DNA from: Lama glama
Lineage: Eukaryota
Assembly: GCA_028534125.1 (NCBI GenBank)
Contig: CM052817.1
Span: forward strand, 105,402,001 to 105,466,000
Reading direction: 5' to 3'
DNA length: 64,000 nt
A program made the position numbers and the translations under genes. The notes beneath the pieces are model-generated. The model was not told the origin of the DNA and did not search any database. It saw only the letters and a list, made by a program, of their open reading frames with translations. This document shows positions 62,982-64,000 of this stretch, piece after piece. Position 1 is the stretch's first letter. Each line of letters starts with the position of its first letter.

Positions 62982-64000
62982 TTATTTTTATTGTTGTAAA
63001 ATATAGAGAACATAAAATTTACTATTTTAACCATTTTTTCAGTGTGCAGTTCTGTGACATCAGTACTTTCTCATTGTTGTGCAACCATCATTACCATCCA
63101 TTTCCAGAATTGTTTATCTTCCACAATTGAAATTTTATGCCCCTATGATATGAATCCCTCATTTCCCTCTGTCTTCAGCCTCTTTCTTTTCTATAAATGT
63201 GACCACTCTAGGTACTGCATTTTAGTGAAATCATGTAATATTTGTTTTTTGTGCTGGCTTATTTCACTTACTGTGTCTTCACAGTTCATCCACGTGGTGG
63301 CACAGGTCAGAATTTGTTTTTATTTTTTACGCCAATATCCTAGTGTCTGTACCAATCACATTCTGTTTATCTATCGATCTATCTATGGACACTTGAGCTG
63401 CTTCCATCTTAACTATTGCAAGTGATGCTACAAACATCACTTTGAAATCCTGCTTTCCATTATTTTATATATAAACCTGGAAGTGAAATTGCTGGATCAC
63501 AGAGTAGTTCTATTTTTTAAATTTTTAAAGATCCTCCATACTGTTTTTCCATAGTGGTTGCACAATTTTACATTCCCACCAATAGCGCACAAGGGCCCCA
63601 ATTTCTCCACATCTGGCCATGCATGTGTGTGTGTGCGTTTATCTGGTAGCCATCCTGATGGCAGCGAGGTGACATATTGTGGTTTTGATTTGCATTTCCC
63701 TCATGATTAGTTTGTTGAGCACTTTTTTCATATACTTGTTGGCATCTGTATGTCTTCTTTGGGAAAAGATCTATTCAAGCCCTTTGCCCATTCTTAATAG
63801 GGTTCTTTTTGTTGTTGTTACTAAGTTGTAGGTGTTATTTATGAAATTTAGATATTAATGCCTATCATATATATGATTTGCAAATATTTTCTCTCAGTTA
63901 TGTAGGTTTCCTTTCCACTCTGTTGACTGTGTTCTTTGACGCACACACTTTCCATTTTGATAGAGTGCAATTTATCTAGTTTTACTTTTCTCATCTATGT
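62982..64000 (-). mobile_element. Older LINE-1 3' end (L1MB-like), continuing beyond the window
   Basis: aacataaaatttactattttaaccattttttcagtgtgcagttctgtgacat...gtgcaaccatca; cattcccaccaatagcgcacaaggg; gtggttttgatttgcatttccctcatgattag. Confidence 0.93.

Noticed and set aside
1..64000. A novel multi-gene system, operon, CRISPR array or defence island
   Set aside because: The DNA is mammalian non-coding sequence. It has no long ORFs, no regularly spaced repeat-spacer array and no gene cluster.

Overview
AT-rich, CpG-depleted mammalian genomic DNA, not prokaryotic or viral. Four tRNA-Ala-derived SINEs of the camelid vic-1 type point to a camel, alpaca or llama assembly. A large part of the window is decayed interspersed repeat: about 20 truncated LINE-1 pieces (many with visible target-site duplications), L2 and MIR relics, three ERV1-class solo LTRs, four MaLR (MLT1) LTR pieces and a Tigger1 fragment. 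There are also microsatellites and a 500-N gap (7862-8361). I can support no protein-coding gene: the ORFs I can recognise are broken LINE-1 ORF2 C-termini and the rest look like chance ORFs. I found no evidence for a new multi-gene biological system. The best leads are (1) an unexplained ~190-bp imperfect palindrome with a TTAA-CCC...GGG-TTAA core (1952-2142); (2) a candidate 17-nt + strand micro-exon (18618-18634) and two recursive-splice-like AG|GTGAG sites, which fit an LTR antisense bias suggesting a long intron of a + strand gene; and (3) an L1 copy that appears prematurely polyadenylated at a newly created AATAAA (13572-14053). Repeat family names come from recalled consensus sequences, not a database search, and boundaries of old repeats are approximate.
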